Source: Octopus vulgaris
Taxonomy: Eukaryota
Length of the DNA stretch: 64,000 bases
NCBI GenBank assembly: GCA_951406725.2
Contig: OX597818.1
Coordinates: forward strand, 30,690,001 to 30,754,000
Direction: 5' to 3'
Numbering within the stretch: position 1 is the stretch's first letter; the number at the start of each line of letters is the position of its first letter. Under the pieces are notes generated by a model, which was given only the letters and a program-made list of their open reading frames with translations, searched no databases and had not been told where the DNA came from. The position numbers and the translations under genes were made by a program. Positions 12,241 to 24,381 of this stretch are shown here, piece by piece.

Positions 12241-13166
12241 AAGGTGAGTCGAGCTGATCGTTGTAAAACACAATTTGTTGGTCTTTAGCACGGCTTGTAT
12301 ACAGAACTCGGATAACTCGATAATTAATTAATAAAATTATTAATCAATGCATCAAACAAAGTTCATCCCATGTCGATATTAGAGAGAAAATTCCGATGAC
12401 AGGCGCTATACAACTGTATTTCGATAGCAACAAGCGTTGCTTATAATGCGATTATCAAATCTGTAACTAAAAGGAAAGTAAGAGGTCGTTGGTTTATTAA
12501 ACACTACAATTGTTTCAAAAAGCACATCAGGTGTATAGTGCATAACATTTCGAATGACCAGTGTGTTTTCTTTTCAGGTACAAATGTATTTATGCATGTA
12601 TGTGTTTGTACGTATGTATGCATACATGTATGTATGTGAGTGTTTGTGTTCTAGTGTGTGTGTGTGTGTGTAGTATTGGCAGCGACTTCGAAATTTCGGC
12701 CAGTTAAGCGATTATCGGACTTTCCACTGATGGTTTAGCTCGCCAAAACTTTGAATTCACTTTCAACACTACTCTTGTTAAAGAATAATAAATTTGCATT
12801 GTACCAATTGTATTTTACTGTAACAATTCTATTTAGTTTAATGTAAAATTGTCATTTTTAATTATATAAACAAACGTGTATATGTGTATGTGTGTATGTG
12901 TGCTTGTTCAGTCGTTATATATATATATAAACATACACACACTCACATATACTCACAGAGATTTTGAAATTAGATAACAGGACAAAATTTAGAACAATTA
13001 CAAAAACAGCGGCAGCAACAGCAACGAGTCTAGCATAATAAGCAAAGGAAACGTTTGGAAATCAAGATGTTATAGGATGATTACACAAACGGCAATGAAA
13101 TAATGAGCAGATGATATAACGAAACGACTTCTCTTGTGATTTCAGAATTTAATGTTAATATGTGGT

Positions 13167-13199
<33 letters not shown>

Positions 13200-13207
<8 letters not shown>

Positions 13208-13426
13208 TGGGGGCTGAAAAATTCCTGGGTTTAAGGGTGTCGTCGCGAAAGGCTTCGTTGGAAGCCCATCCTTCAGTGTTCTTTTACAGGGCTTAGAAAG
13301 ACCGTTGAAAGACCGCTGCAATAAGTATGTGAATCTGAGGGGAATATGTTGAATAAAACATGATTAACTGATCCTCCTGAATTTTTTTTTTACCGAAAGC
13401 CAGGGACTTTTCAACACCCCATTGTA
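13200..13426 (+). mobile_element. Non-autonomous mariner relic
   Basis: Degenerate TIRs CGAGGGG..GCTGAAAATTCCTGG and CCAGGGACTTTTCAACACCCC..TA. Internal remnant of a transposase C-terminus (KDRCNKYVNL/RGEYVE*). Confidence 0.7.
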
Positions 13427-13428
13427 TG

Positions 13429-13467
<39 letters not shown>

Positions 13468-14572
13468 CCTTCATAAAGTTCACCTTTAAAATGCCACGAC
13501 GAGTCAGAGTAAGACTGGGTGCTTCTACTTCACAAGCTGCTCTAATGCAACAACGGCGATCTCAAGTAAGTCTCTGATTCATTATGTTTCATATTTACAA
13601 AATAAAACAATTATTCTTCATCTATTCTAATTCAATATCTAAACAGTTATATACATTTTGCTGTAATTAATTTATACATTGCATTAATAGACATTTTTTC
13701 AACATCTCCAAATAACTAAATGTTGCCAATGCATGCATGGTTTTCAATTCAATTTCATTACGCTATGAATGCCCATAACTCCGACGTCGAACATACAAGT
13801 CAATTGATACTGTGCTCCACACCAATGATGCTGTTCATTACCCTGTTGAATACCTCAATAGCCTGGTACTTTCAGGTCTACCACCGCATGAATTGCATCT
13901 AAAGGTTTGAGCCCCACTTATACTTTTAAGAAACCTCTGATCCTCCAAAATTATGCAATGGCACAAGACTTATTATCAAAAAATTGATGCAGACAGTGTT
14001 GGAGGCAACAATACTGACTGGGAAAGCAAGTGGTGAAGATGTTTTCATTCCAAAGATTCCTCTGATTCCTTCCGGCGCACAAATTGATTTCAAAAGGCTA
14101 CAATTCCCTCTGAGATTAAGCTTTGCAATAAGCATCAACAAAGCACAGGGTCAGACACTGGAAGTGGTAAGCCTTAATTTTGCAGGACCTGCTTTTTCTC
14201 ATGGACAGCTCTATGTCGGACGCTCTAGAGTTGCAAATCCGGAAAATTTATCCATTTATGCACCCAACGGCAAAACCAAAAACATTGTGTATCACGAAGC
14301 CCTGCAAGACTGGAATTTTGGAACAAAGATGCCTCTCTCACAGACAACCTCTCTTGCCAACCCCCGACAACCTCTTTCGCCAACCTCCGACAACCTCTCT
14401 CATCAAATTCCGACAATCTCTCCCCCTTCCAGCTGACAGTTTTTGTACGTTTTCGTGACGGAAAATATATCTTTAGTGGCAGTTATAACGAAATTACTTT
14501 TTTATATCAGCGTAATAAGGCGTTTCAATAGAACATCTTTATCCCCGGGAATTATCCGGGTACACCAGCTAG
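13468..14572 (+). mobile_element. Internally deleted Helitron with PIF1-type helicase C-terminal fragment
   Basis: Short Rep-N-terminus-like peptide MPRRVRVRLGASTSQAA (13491), helicase remnant, 3' hairpin CCCGG-gaattat-CCGGG and terminal CTAG at 14569-14572. Flanked by (TA)n. Confidence 0.9.
13787..14310 (+). pseudogene. Helitron RepHel helicase (PIF1-like) C-terminal fragment, disrupted
   Basis: TYKSIDTV..AVHYPVEYLNSL..SGLPPHELHLKV* (in-frame stop), then PPKLCNGTRL..FKRLQFPLRLSFAISINKAQGQTL..FSHGQLYVGRSRV..KTKNIVYHEAL. Confidence 0.9.
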
Positions 14573-14846
14573 CATATATATATATATATATTATATATGG
14601 CGCCTGTGTCGTCCATGTTTTTAACCGTTACTGTCTCCAAAAAAGATTTTTCGTTTCATGTTCGTCTCTGTTGCGTTGCATTCTTTCCTTCTGTGGCTGG
14701 CTGATTCAGAGCGGATCTCAGAATTAAACAGCCGAAATCTGCGATGAGGGATTAGTTTCTGACTGAAGAATGAAGGCTTTGAATGACCCGTTTGTCTTTT
14801 TGTTCGTCCCTTCGTGTATTTCACGTTATATATTTATGTAAAGGTT

Positions 14847-14892
<46 letters not shown>

Positions 14893-15639
14893 CCTACACA
14901 CGCGCGCGCGCATTAATAGTATGTGTTTCCAATGCTGAGGGAGTTCATGTAACAGAAAAGTAAAAGCCGTTCTCCATTTGGGCTTTAGCCGCCCTCTCGA
15001 GCATGTAGGGTGTCCTGTTGAAGGTCACCTCTTTTGTGTATAAATACGTACACTAATTTATTTGAAAAATATGTTGTCTATTGACTTCATTACGCGTGCT
15101 GGCCAACGGTAGAAAATTTCTCTCTCCCGACCCAAATGGTCCAAAAACACTCTCGTCACCGCGCCTGTTGCTGATTGGCGCATTTAGATCAGCCATTGAT
15201 ATTTTAACACTATGCCTTAGGCTATTGTTGAAGATGTTAGTCAGTGTTTAGTGCATCTTCTGTTAGTGTATATGCTTGTATGATGGTTACTTTTGCATGC
15301 CTTGTCTGAAATCGTGCTGTGACGTGAGGTAGTCAATGGATGGTTTCCATCCATTGACTACTTTTCTACTTCTGTAGCATTTTTGTCCAGAAACATGAAC
15401 ACTCCATAGCTATCTTAATTTTCATAACCAGAATAAATGATTTTTCCCCCTGCCTTTGCATAGTTTTCGTTGTCAGTCCACAACATCTCACAGATATCCA
15501 AGAGGTTGAGTTTGTAACTCTTGAATTCTCTAAGTTGTTCTATTTTCCGACTTTTATACAACGTTCATACGTCCTATGTACCTAGTATATTTCGTGCTCA
15601 GAATTTGGTATTCAGAAACCCTAATTTTCATTTGGCTTT

Positions 15640-16160
15640 TATTGGAATTAGCAAAGCCGCGGTCGCATTCCAGAGAATGTACGCTATCTGGTCATTCAAT
15701 ACCGTTGCCCTACACACAAAGATCCGACTCCATAATAACATAGTTCCAGCGACAGTTCTCTATGCTTGTAAGACATGGAAAAGGATCGTGAAGATCGATA
15801 GAAAGTTTCATGTGTTCCACCAAAGATGTTTGAGAAGGATTCAGAGAACACACTGGCAAGATGATGCGGTAAAAAAAAAAACACGTTCGAAAGTGAGTCA
15901 AACGCAAGACCACTTAGCAAAATCATACTCTGCCCACCAGAACAAAGCCATTCTAAAACAGTTTTCAAATGGGTATCATTGGTTGGGGGAGGAAAACAGA
16001 AAACCGCATGGCGTAGGAAATTCATAACCGATATAAGAGAGGCCAATATCACATATCCGGATGCAGAGAAAACTGCAGCCATCACAAACCGGTGGCGTCA
16101 GTTTGCTGGCCAATGTGCTCGAAAACACATGAGGAACTGACAGAGATAAGGATACTGATA
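15640..16160 (+). mobile_element. RTE-clade LINE 3' fragment
   Basis: ISKAAVAFQRMYAIWS..LHTKIRLHNNIVPATVLYACKTW..FHQRCLRRI..WQD, the post-RT region of RTE elements. Confidence 0.8.
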
Positions 16161-16552
16161 ACTAAATGAACATACTTACGAAAACAAGCGTATGTATGTA
16201 TGTATGTGTGTATGTATGTGTGTGTGTATGTATGTATGTGTGTGTGTATGTATGTATGTATATGTGTATGTATGTGTGTATGTATGCATGTAATTTACAC
16301 AAACACATCTATTTATCTCATATATATATGTGTGTGTATATGCGTGCGTGTATGTTTTTGTGTAAGCTTGGTGTGTGTGCATGAGAGTGAGTGAAATTTT
16401 AATCGGCGAAAAGTGACAGAAGTTAGTCAAGGAATGCATAACTTTGTGTGTGTGTGTCTTTGTATGTGTATGTATATATATACACATTACTCTATAGATA
16501 ATGTGTGTGTGTGTATATATATGCCTATACATACATTAAAGTATTCATTCAT

Positions 16553-16597
<45 letters not shown>

Positions 16598-16874
16598 TAC
16601 ATACATACATACATTAAAATCTATGGCTGACAATTGTAATCAAGTAAGAGGAGTTAGCATGTACCATGTATTCTCTAAGGGTTTACATGACTGGGTCGTT
16701 GAAACCTGGCACACACTATCTCTTGACCCCACGCCTGACCCAGTAGAGCAACCAGATAATTCTTGAGTCTCAAATGGATGAAAGTCTCAAATGCAGAAAG
16801 CTGGAATTGTATCGCAAGCCATTCTACTTAACGCCCTAAAGACTCTAAGAACTGATTGCCTAAAACACGCTCGC

Positions 16875-16920
<46 letters not shown>

Positions 16921-17182
16921 ATGCATGCATGCATACATACATACACATTTGTACGCACAGATGTACATACATTCATACATAAGCATACATACTTATATTA
17001 CACGCACCCACACAATCATGTATATATATATATATATATATATAGTATACATACATGTACGTATGTATATATATATATATATATATAGTATACATACATG
17101 TACGTATGTATATATATATATATATATAGTATACATACATGTACGTATGTATATATATATATATATATAGTATACATACATG

Positions 17183-17217
<35 letters not shown>

Positions 17218-17226
17218 ACATACATG

Positions 17227-17293
<67 letters not shown>

Positions 17294-17312
17294 GTATATG
17301 TATATATATATG

Positions 17313-17343
<31 letters not shown>

Positions 17344-17387
17344 TGTGTATATATATATATATATATATGTGTATATATATATATATA

Positions 17388-17428
<41 letters not shown>
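16875..17428. repeat. Compound (TA)n microsatellite with ~41-43-bp higher-order unit
   Basis: Repeated (TA)n-GTATACATACATGTACGTATG units at ~17018-17230. Confidence 0.9.
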
Positions 17429-17430
<2 letters not shown>

Positions 17431-18264
17431 AATCAAAATAGATGAACATCAATGGAATTTGTATCTTTGTGGTACCAGTGCCGGTGGCACACAAGAAAAC
17501 CATCCGAACGTGGCCGTAGCCAGTACCGCATCAACTGGCCTCCGTGCTGTGGGCACGCAACAAACACCATCCGATCGTGGCCGTTCGCCAGCCTCATCTG
17601 GCACCTGTGTCGGTGGCACATAAAAACACCATCCGAAGACCCGGCAAGACTAGTCAGGCCATAACCCGTGGCCCCTACCTGGGACGTAGTCAGTCCACCT
17701 GTGCATACCTTCCTTCTTGTGACACTTGTGAAGACCTGTTGAGGCAAGTGAAAATCAAATCAAATCAAACAAATCAAAATAGATGAACATCAATGGAATT
17801 TGTATCTTTGTGGTACCAGTGCCGGTGGCACACAAGAAAACCATCCGAACGTGGCCGTAGCCAGTACCGCATAGACTGGCCTCCGTGTTTTGGGGACGTA
17901 ACAAACACCATCCGATCGTGGCCGTCCGCCAGCCTCATCTGGCACCTGTGTCGGTGGCACATAAAAACACCATCCGAGCGTGGCCGTCTGCCAGCCTCGT
18001 CTGGCACCTGTGTCGGTGGCACATAAAAACACCATCCGAGCGTGGCCGTTCGCCAGCCTCGTCTGGCACCTGTGTCGGTGGCACATAAAATCACCCACTA
18101 CACTCTCGGAGTGGTTGGCGTTAGGAAGGGCATCCAGCTGTAGAAACACTGCCAGATCTGACTGGCCTGGTGCAGCCTTCGGGCTCCCCAGACCCCAGTT
18201 GAACCGTCCAACCCATGCTAGCATGGAAAACGGACGCTAAATGATGATGATGATGATGATGATG

Positions 18265-18266
<2 letters not shown>
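17429..18266 (+). mobile_element. RTE-related non-autonomous element with 341-bp-offset duplication, 62-bp internal repeats and (ATG)n tail
   Basis: CAAATCAAAATAGATG occurs at 17429 and 17770. 62-bp units start at 17908, 17970 and 18032. The 3' end reads AACCGTCCAACCCATGCTAGCATGGAAAACGGACGCTAA(ATG)n. Confidence 0.75.
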
Positions 18267-18302
<36 letters not shown>

Positions 18303-18376
18303 TACATACATGTATGTATGTATGTATATATATATATATATATAATATACATACATATATGTGTGTATATATATAT

Positions 18377-18544
18377 GTAGGAGTGGCTGTGTGGTAAGTA
18401 GCTTGCTTACGAATCACATGGTTCTGGGTTCAGTCCCACTGCATGGCAGCTTGTGCAAGTGTCTTCTATTATAGTCTCGGGCCGACCAAAGCCTTGTGAG
18501 TAGATTTGGTAGACTGAAACTGAAAGAAGCCCGTCGTATATACG

Positions 18545-18608
<64 letters not shown>

Positions 18609-18784
18609 AACATCACTTGACAACCGATGGTGGTGTATTTATGTCCCCGTAACTTAGCGGTTCGGCAAAAAAGACCGATAGAATAAGTACTAAGCTTACA
18701 AAGAATAAGTCCTGAGGTCGATTTGCTCGACTAAAGGCGGTGCTCCAGCATGGCTACAGTCAACTGACTGAAACAAGTAAAAGA

Positions 18785-18786
<2 letters not shown>
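18377..18786 (+). mobile_element. SINE family B (tRNA-derived, CORE-like) with internal (TA)n(TG)n
   Basis: GGAGTGGCTGTGTGGTAAG, GGGTTCAGTCCC, CORE-like (CC)TTGGGCAAGT block and tail GACTGAAACAAGTAAAAGAG. Many copies in the window. Confidence 0.9.
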
Positions 18787-18847
<61 letters not shown>

Positions 18848-19637
18848 TGTATGTATATGTATGTTTGTATATATATACATACATATTTAATTGTATATAT
18901 TCAATATATACAATCGCGTGCGTATACATAATTAGGTACTCACAATCAGTTATACTATAAAAAAAAACTTTAAAAAAAGACACACAAAAAAACTACTCCT
19001 GCTGCGAAGTAATTCTAGAACATTCGGCGTCTTTTTCTCGTTTTGCACTCGATTCGCTCTTCAAGTGTTGCCTTGAAATGAGAGGGTTCAAACGCCAGGA
19101 AATAGGAAAAAAGAACTTATTCTGAATTGGGCAGCATATAAAATACACAAATAAATAAATGAATGCACAAATAAATAAATAAATAAATAAATAACAAAAT
19201 GGAAAGCAACTTAAAGAAAATTAAAAGACAGAAAACGAGAAAAGGACAAAGTAAAAGAACAATAAAATTTGTTAAATACCCTACGAAATACTTAACAAGC
19301 CAGATGAGAATATCAAAACAAATACATAAAAACCAACTAAGTAGTAGGGTCTATTCAAGTGTTAGTTTTAATAATATTTTCTAATTTTGGTCCAAGGTCT
19401 GCAATTTTAGGTGGAAGCATGGGATAAGTCGATACCATCAATTCAAGTACTTGACTAGTGTTTTATTTTAGCGACCCCCCAAAAAAAGCGAAAAGCAAAG
19501 TTAACCTCGGTGGAATTAAACTCAGAACGTAAAGAATCGGAAGAATTACTGTTAAGCATTTTCTCCAGCGTAGTTACGATTCTACCAGCTCACCGTGTTA
19601 TTGAGATGTAGTGTAGAATTGAAGGACATCCATCCAC

Positions 19638-19710
<73 letters not shown>

Positions 19711-19729
19711 TGTGTGTGTGTGTGTGTGT

Positions 19730-20143
19730 GTATTTCTTTATTACCCACAAGGGGCTAAACAAAGAGGGGACAAACAAGGACAGGCAAAGGGATTAAGTCG
19801 ATTACATCGACCCCAGTGCGTAACTGGTAATTTATTTATCGATTCCGAAAAGATGAAAGGCAAAGTCGACTTCGGCGGAATTTGAACACAGAACGTAACG
19901 ACAAACGAAATACCTATGTCTTTACTACCCACAAGGGGCTAAACACAGAGGGGACAAACAAGGACAGACAAACGGATTAAGTCGATTACATCGACCCCAG
20001 TGCGTAACTGGTACTTTATCGACCCCGAAAGGATGAAAGGCAAAGTCGACCTCGGCGGAATTTGAACTCAGAACGTAACGGCAGACGAAATGCCGATAAG
20101 CATTTCGCCCGGCGTGCTAACGATTCTGTCAGCTCGCCGCCTT
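19730..20143 (-). mobile_element. SINE family A nested/tandem pair
   Basis: Reverse complement of family A, two units joined at tail/GGTATTTC. Confidence 0.9.
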
Positions 20144-20498
20144 AATATCGATAGAATATAAACAGGTTGGAATATTCACTGGCATTAATCTGATCTTTGA
20201 AATTCTTACAGGTAGTTTCCAAGCATGGTCACAGCAAAAGAATTAAAGAATGAATAGACAAGTGAAAGAAAAAAAAAATCAGTTATTTAATCCTTTGTCT
20301 ACCCAAATCATTTTTATCAGTTTGTCTTAAACGCCAATGTTTGTTTTCAGACTTTTAGTTAGCCCTTGTTTCATACGCTTTAAGCTTTTCATTCATAAGT
20401 CCCAAGTTACTCTGGTGGCTGAAAAAAATTGGGAATGTGAATCATATATGATGATGCATGGACGCCAGGGAAATACGTTCTATGTATCACTCGTGTTG

Positions 20499-20750
20499 TG
20501 AAGGCGCGTGGCTTAGGGGTTAGGATGTCAGCATCATGATTGTAAGATTGTGGTTTCGATTCCTGGACCGGGCGACGTGATGTGTTCTTGAGCAAAACAC
20601 TTCATTTCACGTTGCTCCAGTCCACCCAGCTGGCAAAAATGTGTAACGCTGCGATGGATGGGCATCCCGTCCAGCTGGGGAACACATACGTCATTGAAAC
20701 CAGGAAACCGGGCCCATGAGCCTGGCTAGGCTTTAAAAGGGCGCATTTAT
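20499..20750 (+). mobile_element. SINE family C (tRNA-derived)
   Basis: GGCGCGTGGCTTAG..GGTT..GGTTTCGATTCC head and GCGATGGATGGGCATCCCGTCCAGCTGGGGAAC core. Related to the 38546 and 46480 copies. Confidence 0.85.
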
Positions 20751-20979
20751 TATATTTATATCACTTGTGTTACACAGGACAAGGAAAAGGTTTGAACCTG
20801 TATGGAACACTTGACGACAACGAACCACGTGGGAAGACCCAATGGAGTCTTTAGACTTATTGGAAATCCAAATCTTCTTTATATCACTTTCCCTGGCGTC
20901 TTAGAAATAGAAAATGATGCATTGGATAATGTAGTCTTTGATACACAATGTCAGACCAAAAGAAAAAAGAAGCATTTAT

Positions 20980-21318
20980 CTTTTACTTGTTTCAGTCATT
21001 AGAATGAAGCCATTGCTACGACACCGCCTTGAAGAATTTTAGTCCAACGGTACTAAGCCTGGTACTTATTCTATCAGTCTTTTTTGGACGAACTACTAAG
21101 TTACGGGGACGTAAATACACCAGCACCGGTTGTCAAGCGGTAACACACATACACACACTCGCACACACGGAGGGTTTCTTTCAGTCTCTGTCCATCAAAT
21201 CCACTCAGAAAGTTTTAGTCGGCTTGAGGCTAAGCACAAAATACTTGCCCGATGTCCCACGCAGTAGGACTGAACCCGGAACCATGTTGCTCTGAAGCAA
21301 ACTTCTTATCACACAGTC
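20980..21318 (-). mobile_element. SINE family B, degraded
   Basis: Reverse-complement similarity to the 18377 copy. Confidence 0.8.
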
Positions 21319-21430
21319 TTTTATCACAGACCTGCTCATTCATGGATGACCTAAGGCCAAACAATAATAATAACACTAGACAAGAATAGTAATCTCGTTT
21401 AGTGATTTTAATTAAAATTTCTTATTTACC

Positions 21431-22205
21431 ACGCCAGGCGAAATGCTTAACGGTGAGCTGACAGAAACGTTAGCACGCCGGGCGAAATGCTTAGCGGTAT
21501 TTCGTCTGCCGTTACGTTCTGAGTTCAAATTCCGCCGAGGTCAACTTTGCCTTTCATCCTTTCGGGTTCGATTAAATAAGTACCAGTTACGCACTGGGTT
21601 CGATATAATCGACTTAATCCGTTTGTCTGTCCTTGTTTGTCCTCTCTGTGTTTAGCCCCTTGTGGGTAGTAAAGAAATAGGTATTTCGTCTGCCGTTACG
21701 TTCTGAGTTCAAATTCCGCCGAGGTCGACTTTGCCTTTCATCCATTCGGGGTCGATTAAAAAAGTACCAGTTACGCACTGGGTTCGATGTAATCGACTTA
21801 ATCCGTTTGTCTGTCCCTGTTTGTCCCCCCTATGTTTAGCCCCTTGTGGGTAATAAAGAAATAGGTATTTCGTCTGCCGCTACGTTCGGAGTTCAAATTC
21901 CGCCGAGGTCGACTTTGCCTTTCATCCTTTCGGGGTCGATTAAATTAGTACCAGTTACGCACTGGGGTCGAGGTAATCGACTTAATCCGTTTGTCTGTCC
22001 TCTCTGTGTTTAGTCCCTTGTGGGAAGTAAAGAAATAGGTATTTTGACCGTTTTTACGTTCTGAGTTCAAATTCCGCCGAGGCCGACTTTGCCTTTCATC
22101 ATTTCAGGCTCGATAAAATAAGTATCAGTTGAATATTGGGGTCAAAGTAATCGACTTAACGCATCCCCCGAAATTGCTGGCCTTGTGCCAAAGTTTGAAA
22201 CCAAT
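21431..22205 (+). mobile_element. SINE family A array of four units (periods 184, 184, 174 bp)
   Basis: GGTATTT unit starts at 21496, 21680, 21864 and 22038. The last three each follow the tail TAAAGAAATA. Confidence 0.92.
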
Positions 22206-23048
22206 ATTTTATTTATTTTTAGTAAGTACGGGGAAACAATTTCAGACGTGTTTGGGCCTTGCAAGAAGTCATTCATTTTATTTTCAAGAATTTATTTATT
22301 TTGTTTTTGTTGCCAGTTTCAATTTAGACATTTTGTCCAAAACCTTTTTGAGTTATGAAACACGTGATTTTAGAATTCTGGCTAGTTTCTACTTTGATGT
22401 AGTGTAAGCTGTTTAAGAGAACATCTGAACACTTGAGTGAAGAAATTTTCATTTGAAACCAGGATAATAATCAAACAGTCAATTTATGTTCTAAAATAAT
22501 TGGCTACATGTATACAAAACAGAGTCATGGTGAGAGAGTGATAAGGAAGAAAGATTGTAGAAGTACAGAGTGGGTGAATAGAAAGGAAAAGAAGGAATAA
22601 GAGATGTACTAAATATAGAAACAAAAGTCATAACTTAGTCCTAATTCTTACATAATTGAGAGGTAAAACATCTGCCTGATATGGTCACTTTATAGTACTG
22701 ACGTCACAAGATCCTGTTAAAGAACCTTCTTTAAAATAAAGCAATTTGTTTCAGCACATACAATATTTTGTTAATATACGCAATGTTTTAAGAGAGAATT
22801 TGTCTTGAAAACGATATTAAGCTGCATTTGATAGTGAGGTCCTAGTTCAGGAGTTCCTAGGTTTTGAAGAATGTGGAACTACCTCTTAGCCGCTACAGTT
22901 CCCAGGTTCGTTCTGACTCGGAGCAGTTGAACCTGTCAGGGTCCCAGCCACAAAGGAAGTAAGATGAGATTGTACGACTTCCGTGCACTGATAGAAAGTC
23001 ATTTGAAAATTAAACGGAGTAAAATGAGTATCAAAGCAACATGAATCC

Positions 23049-23106
<58 letters not shown>

Positions 23107-23768
23107 CATTTAGTATATAATCCGGAAGTAAAACATACTATGATAACCCAATAGCAAATAAGGGGGTCACTGTATCATCGATCAACCAGCTAGAAAAATC
23201 AGTCAAATATCACTTAAATCACTCACTGTCGTTATAAAAAAAAGTTAGTATTGGAAAATGTAGTCTGTGCTAAACTATCTGAAAAGACTGGAGGATTACA
23301 ATCCGAGTGTTCTTGTTGTTTGGTCTGCTCAATTGCAGCAAACCTTGGGCAAAATAAGGACAATGCCAACCCCTTAAATATCCTCAAGCTGTATAGTAAT
23401 TTCTTTCTTGTGGTTCTTAAGCAGCGCCGCCATCATTTAGGGCGTTGTGAGCTCATAAGTGGCCACTATAGGGCTGGGGAGTTGAGTGTTTAGAGAGGCC
23501 GTAATTTTTGTTATAGAGAAAGTATTTAAGCCAGGAACAATACTTATATTTTAAACACATTATCAAAACATCTTTATCATGATTAGAGTTTGAGTAGGAA
23601 ATTTTGTTATCCACTGGCAGAAACATGACTAATGTTGCGTATAATGTCATTACATAAGTCCTGACCTTTTGTAGTTATTTCTATCGACGGCCTTATTTCA
23701 ATCAAATATCTAAAAACAAAAACAAAACGAGTGTCACAAACGTGATGGGGTAATATAAAAAAGATATG

Positions 23769-24381
23769 AAGGCGGCGAGCTGTCAGAAACGTTAGCACGC
23801 CGGGCGAAATGCGTAGCCGTATTTCGTCTGCCGTTACGTTCTGAGTTCAAATTCCGCCGAGGTCGACTTTGCCTGTCATCCTTTCGGGGTCGATAAAATT
23901 AAGTACCAGTTACGCACTGGAGTCGATGTAATCGACTTAATCCGTTTGTCTTTGTTTGTCCTCTCTGTGTTTAGCCCCTTGTGGGTAGTAAAGAAATAGG
24001 TATTTCGTCTGCCGCTACGTTCTGAGTCCAAATTCCGCCGAGGTCGACTTTGCCTTTCATCCTTTCGGGGTTGATAAATTAAGTACCAGTTACGCACTGG
24101 GGTCGATGTAATCGACTTAATCCGTTTGTCTGTCCTTGTTTGTCCCCTCTATGTTTAGCCCCTTGTGAGTAATAAAGAAATAAGAAACGTTAGCACGCCG
24201 GGCGAAATGCTTAGAGGTATTTCGTCTGTCTTTACGTTCCGAGTTCAAATTCCGCCGAGGTCGACTTTGCTCTTCATCCTTTTGGGGTCGATAAATTAAG
24301 TACCAGTTGCGTACTGGAGTCGATCTAATCGACTGGCCCCTCCCACAAAATTTCGGGCCTTATGGATAGAGTAGAAAAGAA
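23769..24381 (+). mobile_element. SINE family A array of three units
   Basis: Junctions tail/GGTATTTC at ~23999 and tail/AGAAACGTTAGC at ~24183. Confidence 0.92.

Noticed and set aside
13984-14436. Cellular PIF1 helicase gene
   Set aside because: Disrupted upstream and followed by a Helitron hairpin and CTAG, so it is transposon-derived.
14685-14755. Hammerhead-like ggctg...cagcc-GAAA motif
   Set aside because: No CUGANGA box or valid NUH triplet, so it is too degenerate to call.
17900-18090. CRISPR-like array (also the 184-bp SINE arrays)
   Set aside because: Units are contiguous without unique spacers, there are no cas genes, and the context is eukaryotic.
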